Source of the DNA: Oculina patagonica
Taxonomy: Eukaryota
Assembly (NCBI RefSeq): GCF_052425735.1
Contig: NC_135761.1
Location: 620,001-684,000, forward strand
Reading direction: 5' to 3'
Length of the DNA stretch: 64,000 bases
The notes beneath the pieces were generated by a model, which saw nothing but the letters and a program-made list of their open reading frames with translations, did not search any database and was not told the DNA's origin. Positions 32,001 through 43,905 of this stretch are shown piece after piece. The translations under genes were made by a program, and so were the position numbers. How positions within the stretch are numbered: the first letter of the stretch is position 1; the number at the start of each line of letters is the position of its first letter.

Positions 32001-35000
32001 GTTGTTCAAGCCTTCACTTTTCAGACCTTAATTACAAATTCAAATGAGTTTGATCACTGCACAAGGTTAAATTATAAAAAAAAGATAACGCGTAAAGTTT
32101 ACCTTCGCTTTCACTTGAGCTCGATCCAGGAACGTCTTTAGGTACAGAATGAGATGTAGAGGAGTTGATATATCTTTTTTTCCACAGTTTTCACTGATTT
32201 ACACTTGCATCGAATTACAGTCTTCGGTGTTCGTGGTATTGTGAGTTGCTAAGAAGCTGATGGCAATGACCACATCGTTGTCTGCATCTTGTTCGCCTCT
32301 TTTGACGACTCGACTCGCCATGCATTTCTTTCCTCCTCATCCTATGCTCGTTTAATGCGTTGATTTAAAATTATACTTAAATAAAAGATCAAAATCTCCT
32401 CGAAAAAGCACGATTGATCACTAAAATCACACGAAAATTTATCCACATCAAAAGGATCGAAAGGTGACAAGTGCGCAGATGCAGTTGCGCATGGTGATGC
32501 GGGCTCAAGTTCGGTCAGCAAAGACTCGCGTCGCGTCACTTGCGAGGCGGGAAATTTGTAATTAGCAAAGCGAAGATTCAACAACGAAAGCGAGTGTCAG
32601 CACCTTTACATCTGTTCTATTTCGACTGTTTGGCAAGTGCTATGGAATCGCCGAGAGAAGAGAGATAGAAGACCTGATCGAGAAACCCCAAGAGCTGCTC
32701 CAGAGAATCAGGCTACTCCAGAAGATATCGATCTTGTGAGAAAGTTACTGACCGAAGTTGCGGAAATTCGCAAAGAAAATCAACAACTGAAAAGTGAAGT
32801 GTCAAATCTTAAGACAAAAACAAGAAGGCGACTATTCCAGAGATCAAAAGACAGCGATAGTGAGTGCTCGGTGAGTAAGATTATTTTACTATTATACTTC
32901 TAAACTGAATACTAACCGAATATCGAGACGCTCGAATGGCGGTTTTAATAATGAGTCTTTGGGTGATGTGTGACATTCCCCATGTATTAATGAACGTTGT
33001 CAATGAAGGTTTAGCTTTAACTTTTGCGCTCCGAATATCATTCACTGCAAACTAAACATGTAACTAAGTCATCTACGCAAAAGTGCGTGCATATATTTGC
33101 TTAACAGTATCATAATGATTAAATCCAAGAGTACTTATGAGTCTATCATTCATTCACATACACTTGAATTCATTTGGAGTCTTTGTGCAAATTCATGGTT
33201 TTGTTTAGCAAAGGAAAGGTTTGAGAGAAGAAACTAGAACGGTTTTCAAAAAGCACATGCTTTTTTCCGTTAACTGGCGTTACATTTTCCACTGAAGAAG
33301 GGGCAGTAGCCCCGAAACGTCTGGGAAAAACTTTCAATCATCGGCGCATTTAACATTTACATTTTAACATTTCTATGAACTAACTATATGCGCTACACAG
33401 CCACACGAAAATTTAATATATATGCTAACAGCCGAGAGAAACGCGCGCAGGCTGATTTAAACACGACTTCTATGCAACTTATTCCCACTAACCAGGTTAT
33501 AAAATCGATTTGTTTCGTTAATTCAAACTTAACAAAAATTGGATTATACATGTATGTTACTCTGTAATATATGTTTATTCGCAAGCAGTGAACAATACAG
33601 TAATCACCCAAAAATTACGTTCGCTCGGTGCTTCCAGTTTGAGTCGATGTATTCAAACTTAACAAAAATTGGATTATACATGTATGTTACTCTGTAATAT
33701 ATGTTCATTCGCAAGCAGTGAACAATACAGTAATCACCCAAAAATTACGTTCGCTCGGTGCTTCCAGTTTGAGTCGATGTATGTATATTAATTGTGAAGG
33801 TGTGCTTTAAAAAATTTAAAATGTCAATGTGAGTTAGTTTGACACTGTTTTTTTTTCTGTTATTATAAAACTACAAGAATGCTGTCAGGAAAGTGTGGCA
33901 GGAACTGACAAGGCAAGAGGATCAGGAAAACCAGCTTGAATACAATTTGAACACCAGGTGAAATATGTAATAGATTGGTTCTTTTTAGTCTGCATTTACG
34001 TCGTCTGGACGCGGTTTACCGGCGTTTTGAGGAAAATGACATAACTGTGAATAATCGGCTAAGTAATCGACTTTAGACCATGACGTTCACTGTCTGAAGG
34101 GCTATAAAGCGCTGCATAATAACAGTTTTTCTATCTGCAAAATGCGTTTCGTTGACAATTTGTAGCCTGTGTACAGCCGTCCCGCTCCCCTCAAAAAAAT
34201 CGGGGAGGGCACGTCGTTCCCTCTCCGATTTTTTTGAGGGGAGCGGGACGGCTGTACACAGGGTAACAATTTGTTGAATAATAAAACAGATATCCTGCTC
34301 AATTATGCGGAATATCGTCTGGGGGTATCAGGCGCGATTCGCAGAATAATTGTTTAATATCCAACTCGCGCTCATGGAATAATTGTTAAGTACACAACAG
34401 TTATCCTGCGATCTACTTACATGTATTGCGCGTCAGCCAAGTCATGTGGGGGGAAGAGGAGAGCGCTTACCGTAACTTTTAGTTTTTTTTGTTGCGAGTT
34501 GTGATGGGTTCGTTGTATTATTTGTTTGATTGAGATGAGATTAATACGGTGGCCAAGAAGGGACAAGTTCACAACGCTTCTTCTTGAAAATGCAGTGTTG
34601 TTCTGTAGAAATCTAACTGTTATTTTTAGAACTGAATTTGCGAACAACACTGCATTTTCAAGAAGAAGCGTTGTCCCTTCTGGGCCACCGTAGATTTAAC
34701 TGCTTCAATTCAGCAGTTAATTATGCGTAATGGGTTTGTATAGTCTTTTATTCATTACCGATCATTACCTCTATCGTAGGTTTAATAGTCCATCAAACCA
34801 GGCCATGGCAAAGAAAGTTGTCAAAGAAGTGCAGTCAGTGTATGGCAAGAAAAAATGGAAAAAGGCTATCATAAGAGGTAAATTTTCTCGTAAATGTTGT
34901 ATGTACATTACCAATTTTTTTTGTCTTTTTGATTACTCGTTTTAACAATATTATTCTCAGTTAAACAGTTTTAAAGGGCCTCAATAAATTTGGAATGATG

Positions 35001-37523
35001 TAGACTTAAATTTCGTTTTAAGTTTGTTTAATTGTTATCGCTCTAGATCTGTACATGTAGTACATGTATTTTGGGCTTGTAATTGGCGAAACGCCGTAAG
35101 TAGCCTCCCTTATTAATAAATATTCTGTTGCATTTTAGTTGCCGTTCAACAACACTGGAGATCCTTACGTGACGATGCAACCAGAAAAACAAATAGCAAG
35201 TTCGAGGAACACAGACGAAAAGTAAAGCGGAACAATCGTTTAAAGAGAGTAAGTATAAGAAACATACATTGTTGCTCCTTGATGATTAACTGGAGAGTTT
35301 CAGCTTTAGCCTTTACTTCTCTCAAACGATTGGCATTAACTTTTGTAAGACTGGTTTTCACTGGCCATAAACATAAGCGCATAAGAAGAGCAAACACTGT
35401 CCGATTAGACATAAACAAAAACCAAAAGAAAACGAAACTATTCGTTCTTCTTGTGCTTTTCGTATCCCTTCGGGGCTTATTATTCCTGTGCATGTTGAGA
35501 ACAGGATGATAAGAAAGAGTGTGTTCAATCTTCTTATGCGCTCTTGTGCTTGTACTTAACTCGGTGAGAATCAGCCTTTTAATAAAGTTCTAAACGACAA
35601 TATTTTTAGTCAAACAGAAAGTTAAAGTTCTTTTTTTGATGCGTTTTCCCTTTCTATCTTTTAGAAACTATTCAGGCGCCTCCAAATTCTACAGAAACGC
35701 ACTCTGTCAGAAAATGACAAAGACAAGGCGAAAGAAATCCTATCTTCCCCGAATGCGATTGACTTTATGTCATCAGAGGAAAGTGAAATCGATGATCCAG
35801 ATTCGACGAGTGGTCCAAAGCAAAGAAAAACAAGAAAACTGACGTGGGAACGCACCAAGCTCAGGAACATTAAATCAAAACTAGACGAGGCTCATTTAAA
35901 TGGCCTGAGCGAGAAACAACGTCGCACAAGTGCCCGTGTAAACAGAACCGAGACGGCATCTGTACGGCCCTGCCCGACCAATGCCCCTAGTTGGGCAGTA
36001 CGCAATGATTGATAGCCACTGGACTGAGTGTATTGACTGTGTCATAACCACTCATACAAATTTTTTAGCTTCAACGAACAGTGTGGAACCTTGAAACGTT
36101 CATAATCAATATACATTTTAATAAAACATATATCATTTTTCTTTATTCTTGGGGACAATCAGGTTGTTTCCATTTCCAGATTTGCCAGCAAGTTATGTTA
36201 TGATGCGTAAGACTTTTTCAAAAACAAGATCAGTAAAATAACGAACGCTACTTTTTCAACAACAAAAATGATTATAGGAAAGGAAAATAAATAAAGTTTC
36301 GGTAGAAACTATCGGCGTCCGCAACTGCTATCACACAATTACGCGTCCAGTATTGGGCCTGATTACGTCAACGGAAACAAGAAAAAATAACATGTTTCCG
36401 GAACGTTACCTGGTATTTCCGTCACTTTTAGGCCTGTTTACGTCGACGGAAACCAGCAAAAATCATATTTCCGGAACGTTATCCCGTGTTTCCGCAAACT
36501 TTAGGTCTGTATACGTCGACGGAAACATGAGAAAAACATATTTCCGGAACGTTATCGCGTGTATCCGCAAACTTTAGGTCTGTATACGTCGACGGAAACA
36601 TGAAAAAAACATATTTCCGGAACGTTATCGCGTGTATCCGCAAACTTTAGGTCTGTATACGTCGACGGAAACATGAAAAAAACATATCTCCGGAACGTTA
36701 TCGCGTGTATCCGCAAAGGTAACCATGAGGTTCCGCTTGCGGAAACCGTTGTTTCCTTCAGCTGAAACATGACGGAAACATGTATAAAATTGGTCCGGTT
36801 CCGCTGTGTCCGCAGCAACGGAAACACGAGTAAACGCCACAAAACCGCAGACGGAAACACGAGTTGTCCGTCATGTTTCCGCAACGGTGACACATGTTTC
36901 CGCAACGTTTCCGTTTACGGATTCTTGGTATTTCGTCCTGTGCTCGAGTCCGTTCTTTGTTCCTCCCCGAGAAAAGAGTCAAAAGTCCCTGAACTGAACG
37001 ATGTCAATAATGAGACACACAACAACCTGTGGAGTCGCCAAATAATAAAAACAACTTTAAGCATGGGTATTTTGCAGCAAAGTGCGAAGCACAAGACAGA
37101 GCGTTCTACATTACTGTGAGATTAGGCGTTCTTTTCTTCGCGACGGGAAGAAAGAGAGAAAAAAAAACGAGAAAAAAAAAAGAACGCCGTATCGCAGGTT
37201 GTATTGAGAAGGGAGGTACAGAATCTGGAGGAGGAAGAAATTTTGGCTAAAAAGATAGGGAGGAGGGAGAAATTTTAGCTCCAAAAATAGGGAGGAGGAA
37301 GAAATGATGCAAAAAGTAGGGATGAGTTACCCTGCTGTCCCTCCCCCCGCTGAATTTTACAGGACAGTTAAACTGTCTGTCTCGGCTCGTGATTCACGTG
37401 TCCTTTCGACACCCGCTTCAACGTCTGTTTTGCAGGATAAAATTAATAATTAAATTTTCCCAGCCTTGAACATTTTATGACTTTCTTTTTATTGCTTTTT
37501 ATTTTTTTGCAGGCTCATCTTAA
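20100..37523 (+). CDS. MMP-A, minimal matrix metalloproteinase (M10A); coding exons 20100-20186, 20896-21263, 22789-23081, 37513-37523; 3' UTR exon from 38116
   Basis: Signal peptide, PRCGNPD cysteine switch, RVKR furin site, [12 protein letters not shown] zinc site, AVMYP Met-turn. The last coding exon (G-S-S-stop) is assigned by paralogy with MMP-B and lies beyond the 12.6-kb transposon. Confidence 0.88.
20313..20695. mobile_element. AGGGACTGTG-TIR MITE (TTAA target) in MMP-A intron 1; related copies at 21328-21725, 40221-40574, 42277-42655
   Basis: TTAA-AGGGACTGTG...CAGTCCCT termini. The 42277 copy has TTAA on both sides. MMP-B has an empty single TTAA (41413-41416) where MMP-A has the 21328 copy. 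Confidence 0.8.
20743..20825. mobile_element. Short palindromic TAGCCTG...CAGGCTA element; related copies at 27246-27350, 34163-34265, 49896-50056
   Basis: Hairpin structure with target duplications: TTGGAGCAT (27246 copy), ACAATTTG (34163 copy), ATCGTTTT (49896 copy), partial CAGCTTG (this copy, absent in MMP-B). Confidence 0.8.
24338..24705. repeat. Left subterminal repeat array of the transposon
   Basis: About 40-bp tandem units GTTTCCGTCA(C/A)ATTTACGTTAGCGGATTTCTGC plus dispersed TTTCCG motifs. Confidence 0.9.
24962..27240. repeat. Complex 18-bp-period minisatellite with higher-order units, inside the transposon
   Basis: Consensus near TCATTTGAGCCAGTTGGG. The minus strand reads SNDPTG-type hexapeptides in broken frames. 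It fades into degenerate copies to about 27620. Confidence 0.92.
28172..32340 (-). pseudogene. Decayed EnSpm/Tnp2-type transposase (remnant exons about 32340/32325-32103, 31043-30972, 28677-28172)
   Basis: FLEPAVDELNALWKG...SDIPAARKLCGFLGHSAKRGCSHC is the typical CMC transposase core. N-terminal RCGHCHQLLSNSQYHEHRRL*F and WLVYFVLV*QYKNYVSD contain stops. Apparent deletion junction near 28440; C-terminal half missing. Confidence 0.82.
32642..36012 (+). CDS. Transposon second gene (TnpA-like accessory, C14orf93-like C-terminus); exons 32642-32870, 33878-33957, 34780-34877, 35139-35248, 35665-36012; one frameshift just after the ATG
   Basis: Four GT-AG introns join in phase (0,2,1,0) with no stops, about 290 aa: coiled coil, basic helix (HRRKVKRNNRLKRKLFRR), DFMSSEES...RKLTWER...LDE...RPCPTNAPSWAV. 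AATAAA at 36120-36125. Confidence 0.8.
33285..33328 (+). ncRNA. Minimal type I hammerhead ribozyme (Penelope/retrozyme type)
   Basis: TTTTCCA-CTGAAGAA-GGGGC(AGTA)GCCCC-GAAAC-GTC-TGGGAAA: 7-bp stem I (one G.U pair), core CUGAAGA, perfect 5-bp stem II, GAAA, palindromic ACGT instead of stem III, GUC cleavage triplet ending at 33321. Confidence 0.75.
33521..33780 (+). repeat. Near-perfect 130-bp tandem duplication in intron 1 of the transposon second gene
   Basis: 33521-33650 repeated at 33651-33780 with one visible mismatch. Confidence 0.9.
36365..36920. repeat. Right subterminal repeat array of the transposon
   Basis: About five copies of a roughly 70-bp unit (TACGTCGACGGAAACATG...CCGGAACGTTATCGCGTGTATCCGCAAACTTTAGGTCTG) plus dispersed GGAAAC motifs, inverted relative to the left array. 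Confidence 0.9.
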
Positions 37524-40062
37524 AATAGCAATTTAGGAGATGAGGAAAGGGAGGAGGAGGAGGATGTAAGTTGCGTAATTTCCGGTCCATAACTGACTTC
37601 CGGTTCTTAAATTCTAAATTTGATACAAAACAAAACTCTAAATTCACTTAATCAGATTAAGATTACTTTTGGAAAGAAACGAAGATAATTCCTGAGAATA
37701 TAAATAACATACAGTTGGAACTGTTATTTGTATTTTTTTAAGCATTTCAACAACTTAACCGAGGTTTCAGAACTAAAACGATGACATTTGTTAATATTTC
37801 AGTACGATAGGTTGTGTAGATAAAACGCAAAATTTTTGAACGACCGAAAATTATCCAAATGAAGACGCTTAGTTCGGCATTGAAAATTTTCCAAAATTTC
37901 AAATCCGAATATTTGTTGAATGGAAAGAGGTCATGATTTTGCTCTGCCAATCGTTTAATAAGCCTAAAAACTTTGCAATGATCTCCAATCCTCCTCTGAT
38001 AAACAAATATTTGTCACTATTTTTCTCCGTACTAGTCGGAGAAAATGAAATAGGGGTTGTCACAGCGAGCAACGGTTTATATCGACTGATGAATATTTTA
38101 TTATATTTATTTTAGATTTGCTGTCACAGAGGGAGAAGAAATTTGATTTATTTAATGTAACCCAAGAATAATGAAAAAAAGTGTTACTAAAGAGATTGAA
38201 AATTAAGATTTTGTCCAGCACTTTATTCTGCCTCAGTAGTAATGGTTGTTTTCGTCTCTAAAAAAATAAATTTAAATACTCCTCTTATTACTCACTGTGT
38301 AGTTTTGCTTTAAAGAACGCGACACAAATTTACATCCCCGAACTATGCATTGGCAAAACATCCAATACGCATTCTTTCTCCACAACCCATCCCAAAATGA
38401 AGCAAAGTATAATTATTTTTATTGTAGATTTATTTTTTTTTATATTTTTAAAGCCGGAAATAATTTATTTGCCTCTTTTTTGCAGACTGATTTCTTTGGC
38501 AGTGAGTAGCGCACAGTTTTACTATTCCGTTCACTTGTCCCCAATATTACACGAGAATCACACAGTCTTTAATTTTCTCATGTTATTCTTCCCAGTCAAG
38601 CGTTGTACTTAACTAATTGAATTCGTTTTAGCCACTTGTATCCCAGTTCTAAAGGCTAGTTGCTTGTTTAAACAGTTTTCAGGCAATATTTGCTTTTAAG
38701 CAACAGGCATTGACCCGTTAATTGAATATTTCATTACAGCTTATAGCTTGACGCGACATTTCAATCAAAAGCAATAAAAAGAAAGTCATAAAATGTCCAA
38801 GGCTGGATGTTGAAAAAATAATGCTGCTAAGTTCATCAAGTAAAACATAAATAGATAAACAAAATTAGAAATAATTCTTCAAGAACTTGTTCAAGAAGAA
38901 AGGTGAAGCAGCTATACTTAGGTCAGTATTTACACAGATCTTTTCTCCTTCTCATATAAAGACGAAACAACGTTCAATTTCGTTCGGTCCTGTATGCCTT
39001 TCAAATTTCTTAGCGATAGTAAACAAGGGCAAACTTGTGTAAATCTTGAATAAAGCACTGCAAAATATTTAGATTAAGGATTTAGACTAAAACGTCTTAG
39101 GGAAATTCCTTCCTCAGTCGAATGAGACGCACCACCCATAAATAATGCCGTTGCAGAAGATTCAGGCCGAATTCACTTCTATAAAGGAAGCTTCGATTTA
39201 ATCACTTTATTTATAAATTGATTTGCCATTTACCGCTCGAAGTGCTAATAAAACCTTTGCTATTTTATTGATGTATAAATATTTACTATATACTCTTAGT
39301 ACATCACTAAATTGAAAATCACCTCAATGCAGCCAACTCATCTAGGTACCAAATCTGAACACAACTTCGCCAGCAAATTTGCAATTTATTAATCCTTCCA
39401 AAAATTAAACGAGCACGAATACCTGTACGGTAGTGTTGCTAAAGGATATTAGAAAAAGATTTTGCCGTCCCTCTCCTCTCGAAAAAATCGGGGAAAGGAA
39501 CATCAGTGTGTTACACCATCGTTAATCGTGTTCCATTCCGGGTGGGTTTCCCGGAATACGTTCCTTTCCCCGTTTTTCGAGGGGTGAGGGACGGCTGTAC
39601 ACAGGCTGTTTATCAATCATCATCATCATCGTTTATTTGCCACTTCAGAAAAAAATTTTTAATTCAAATTAAACAGTAAGGTAGGGCGAGGAGACCTCCA
39701 GAAAACCACCAGGCTTACAGGAGAGTTTATTCACCTTCCAGATGCAACTAAATTTTAATTTAAACTATAACTTTGATGTCTGAAGCAATGGACAAAATTA
39801 AACAACAAACTGCAACATCTATAGAAGCGCACTGCGAAAACTACTACTGAATAACAAATAAAATACGATTTAATATTTTCTATTCAATTAAAATTCTTGG
39901 GATGAGCAAAGATCAGCTGTCAGGTGTAAAATGTGTTTCCAAACAAAATTAAAAAACAGATAAACTGTAGAACAGTGGGAGTGTACACAACGAGTTATAA
40001 AAGAAGTGAGATTCAAGAATTCTTCACTCAAATCCAATCTAGTAATTTCGTTGGTTGCTAAC

Positions 40063-43000
40063 ATGAAGATGCTGTGTTCTGTGCTGTTGGCTGTTCTCGC
40101 TTCACAAGCGTTCGTCTTTGCTTTCGACGATAATGAGACCATGGCTTGGGTGAGTAACTTCCCATCTTTCAACGCCAGCACTTTTTTAACTTGTGTTTAT
40201 CGACATAAGCCTAGCTTTAAAGGGACTGTGTCACGGATTTAAGCCAAATTTAGGGATCGGAAATGACCATCAAATTCTGTGAAATATAAAATTAACATCT
40301 TAAAACAGTAAAGGAACATTTCAATAACTCAGCAAATACAAAATAAGATACCAATGGCCAAAGCGACGAAGATTGAAACGGATTGAGATATGGGTTTTTG
40401 AAATATTGTTGGGCTGAATAGTTTTAAATTTAAAATATGACGCCCGCGGGAGACACATTTGGGTGCAAAGATAAGGTTTTACCATTTAGATCCATAGAAG
40501 TAATTTCTTTGCAAACAGCAAGTATTTGGCAAAGCTAAATAAAATAAACTTAACTCAGCCGTGACACAGTCCCTTTTATTAACGAAATACAAAAACCCTC
40601 AACTTGTCGCGCAACATTGTTGCATTGCCAGTTGAACGAGTTGTTGCCTGTATTTCTACCGCGCGCTCAACTTGTCTCGCAACAAATTTCGGTATTGCAA
40701 GTTGAAAAAAATTGTTTCAAAAAGTAGAACTCGGTTCTACTTTGTGCAACATGTTGCTGCAATTTGCACCACTAAAATTTGTTGCGAGACAAGTTGAGCG
40801 CGCGGTAGAAATACGGGCAACAACTCGTTCAACTGGCAATGCAACAATGTTGCGCGACAAGCTGAGGGTTTTTGTATCTCGTATTTCGCCGCCTTAAGTC
40901 GAACACCTTAGGATTAACAGATTTTTAATAACAGCTTGAACACTGATTGAGTCTAACTGTAGCACATTATTTCCTTCGGTAGAAATTTCTGACCAAATAC
41001 CGCTACATTTCTCCTACACGATCGGGAAATAATAACATGGAAACAGCCATCAAAAAATTCCAAGACTTCACTGGTCTGCCTGTGACCGGAAAATTAGACC
41101 AGGCTACCATCGCACAAATGAAGGCACCGCGATGTGGAAATCCGGATAATGCCGTATCAAGCCGCGTCAAGAGGTTTAACACTGCTACCCCATGGAATAA
41201 AAACCGCTTGACGTACTTCGTGTCATTTGGAGCAGATTTGCCGCGAGCTGTTCAAGCCAGAGTGTTCGCCAGGGCTCTGAAGTACTGGGCTGATGTATCG
41301 GGATTGTCTTTCTCTAGAGTTCGCAGCAAAAGAACTGCTGATCTTAAGATCCGGTGAGTATTAACAAATTTTTAGCAAGGTTTCTAGTTACTTTATATGC
41401 GCATCGCAGCAGTTAACGTTTGAGAACGACAGGGCATTTTCTTACGGCTTTGTTATTATAAAAAGGTTACTGAATTTAAGGTTCTTCATTTTACGTATAC
41501 GCACCTCATTATAAGTTATTTCATTGAAAAAATGGGATTTGGGACACTGAGACCAGAAATCGAAGCCAAAATAATGGGACTGACTCAGAGATTTGGGCAA
41601 AAATTGGGCAATCATTAGGCTGGGAAATGGGATTTGGGCAAAATTTGATCTGAAAATGGGATTAAAGTTAGACCCCACATTCATNNNNNNNNNNNNNNNN
41701 NNNNNNNNNNNNNNNNNNNNNNNNNNNNNNNNNNNNNNNNNNNNNNNNNNNNNNNNNNNNNNNNNNNNNNNNNNNNNNNNNNNNNNNNNNNNNNNNNNNN
41801 NNNNNNNNNNNNNNNNNNNTACAGCTTTCGTAAACAAGACACATACATGCAAAAAAAAATTAGCTACTTTAAATTCAGGTCATTTTAATGCTCTTTAACT
41901 CTTGTCGTGTCTACTTGTTTGCACAGCTTTGGAACACGGCGGCACAAGTGCGAGGATAGTTTCGACGGACCGAGCGGAGTGCTAGCACACGCCTTCTTCC
42001 CTGATGATGGCCGCATACACTTTGATGAAGCAGAAACATTCACTGTTAGAACATCCAACGGAATAAACCTTTTGTGGGTTGCTGTGCACGAATTCGGTCA
42101 CGCACTGGGCCTCGACCATTCTGATGTCAGAAATGCTGTCATGTACCCGTACTACGAAGGATATGTGCCAAACTTCGATCTCCGTCAGGACGACATTGAT
42201 GCAATTCAGTCCTTGTACGGTGAGTTTAACATGACACAATATTGCATTTTGGCAGGTACAGTCAAACCCCTATTAAAGGGACTGTGTCATGGATTTTAAC
42301 AGATTTTTGAAAAGCCAAAATTTATATTTGGGTCGTAGGAAACTTAAAAATAATGGTCCATTTTTATTAACAATTGCCTTTTAAGAGCACTGAAACTGAT
42401 TAAAAGCGTGATTGGCTACGAATGGCTCGGATGGAAATGGATTGCAATTTGGAAACGTTAGCCAACATTTTCAAGTTGTTTCCGCGCGCCTTCAAAAAAA
42501 TCGATATTTATAGCCGAAGTTTGATTTTTATCCCCAAATAACGGTTATATCTTCAATTAAATGTTCAAAAATGTTTTTCATGGGTAAAGTTGCCTACCAC
42601 TTATTTCAGAACAGTTTAGACCAAAAAACTGCGAAATCCCTGTGACATAGTCCCTTTAAGCGGGCAACCCCTTTGTCAAAGTCCCGAAATTATTGCCAGT
42701 GTAATACTGTCAATAAAACCCTTATTGGGCGAGCACCTCTGTTACCACCTTTCGGACGTTTCGATGAGGATTTTTTTTATTCGTATTCTGGCCTTGTTTT
42801 CAACAACAACCTAATGACAGACGAGAGTCCAAAATAGCAATTGACGACTGATGAAAACGTTCAAGCACACGCCTAATCCTCTTGACGTGATTTCTTAAGC
42901 TAAGTGGTGATGTTTTAATTTCCTGTCAATATAGTGATGTTTATACCACACCTTGTGCTAGTTTCAGATGAGCCGGCCCTATTAAGCGGCTATCCTCTAT

Positions 43001-43905
43001 TAAGCGACCTCTAGCCATTTCACCAATTCAATTGTATTTGATCACTAACAAGGTCGATAATGCAATGGCAACAAGAGTAAATAGAATTGCCTTGTAAAAA
43101 AAAGATATAAAAGCCCTTCTATCCTTCTGGCATGATACAGTAAAAACCCGCGCGGATTCTGATAGAGAGTCATGAGTGGGAGGATTGGGAGCGAGCGCAA
43201 AGCGCGAGCGGTCGGTGATGGGAAGGGAAAAAGCAGAAAGGTTTCTTTTCCTGCCCGTGTCTCCCTTCGCCCCTGCTTTCCTCAATAATTAATTAGCATT
43301 TTCCCTCAACGATCGCGAGCGACTGGGGACGAGGCAGCACAGCTGGTACTTCAAGTTTCCTTTCTACACCCGCTTCAACGCCTGTTTTGCAGGATAAAAT
43401 GAATAATGGTAATGCCCGATTCCCTCTATAGCGCGCGCCTGCAGGGTATCACGGTAGTTGTATTCATCGAACCATACGCGAGACTAAGCAACGATGCACG
43501 TTGCTGAGTCTCACACATGGTTTGATGAATACAACTACCGTGATTCCCTGCAGGCGCGCGCTATAGAGGGAATCGGGAATTGAATTGAGTATAGCGCAAT
43601 TTGGTCTGAAATCATACGCGTGATTCCAAAATCGAACGAGCGTGCAGTGAAGCCAAAAAATAGTGCGATTTGTGAACAAATCGCATTGCTGAGAGCCAAT
43701 CAGAGTGTAAGGATCACCAGTGATTTCAAAATGGATATATTAAATATTACATAAATTTCCCAGTACGGCCCTCGCAATCGATTAATAACAAATAATTATC
43801 ATCCAAAGTTCGAGGTTCATCTTTCATTTCTTTATATCTTGGATTGAAATGAGACTAAAAAAGTATCTTTTATTATTTATTTTTTTTTTTTCAGGCTCAT
43901 CTTAA
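40063..43905 (+). CDS. MMP-B, minimal matrix metalloproteinase; coding exons 40063-40149, 40983-41353, 41927-42219, 43895-43905; 3' UTR exon from 44654
   Basis: Close paralog of MMP-A: [28 protein letters not shown]; same intron phases; AATAAA at 44725-44730. Confidence 0.9.
40581..40895. mobile_element. Long palindromic MITE in MMP-B intron 1
   Basis: About 110-bp arms (ACAAAAACCCTCAACTTGTCGCGCAACATTGTTGCATTGCCAGTTGAACGAG and its reverse complement); absent from MMP-A. Confidence 0.8.

Larger units (their letters stand above)
24321..36942. mobile_element. CMC/EnSpm (CACTA-superfamily) DNA transposon, 12.6 kb, internally deleted, in MMP-A intron 3
   Basis: 12-bp TIR CACAGGACGAAA / TTTCGTCCTGTG; 2-bp TSD CT (24319-24320, 36943-36944); TTTCCGTC/GACGGAAA subterminal arrays at both ends; transposase remnants; absent from the paralogous MMP-B intron. 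Confidence 0.9.

Noticed and set aside
36365-36720. Regularly spaced repeats resembling a CRISPR array
   Set aside because: Units are near-identical along their whole length with no unique spacers, there are no cas genes, the context is eukaryotic, and they are explained as transposon subterminal repeats.
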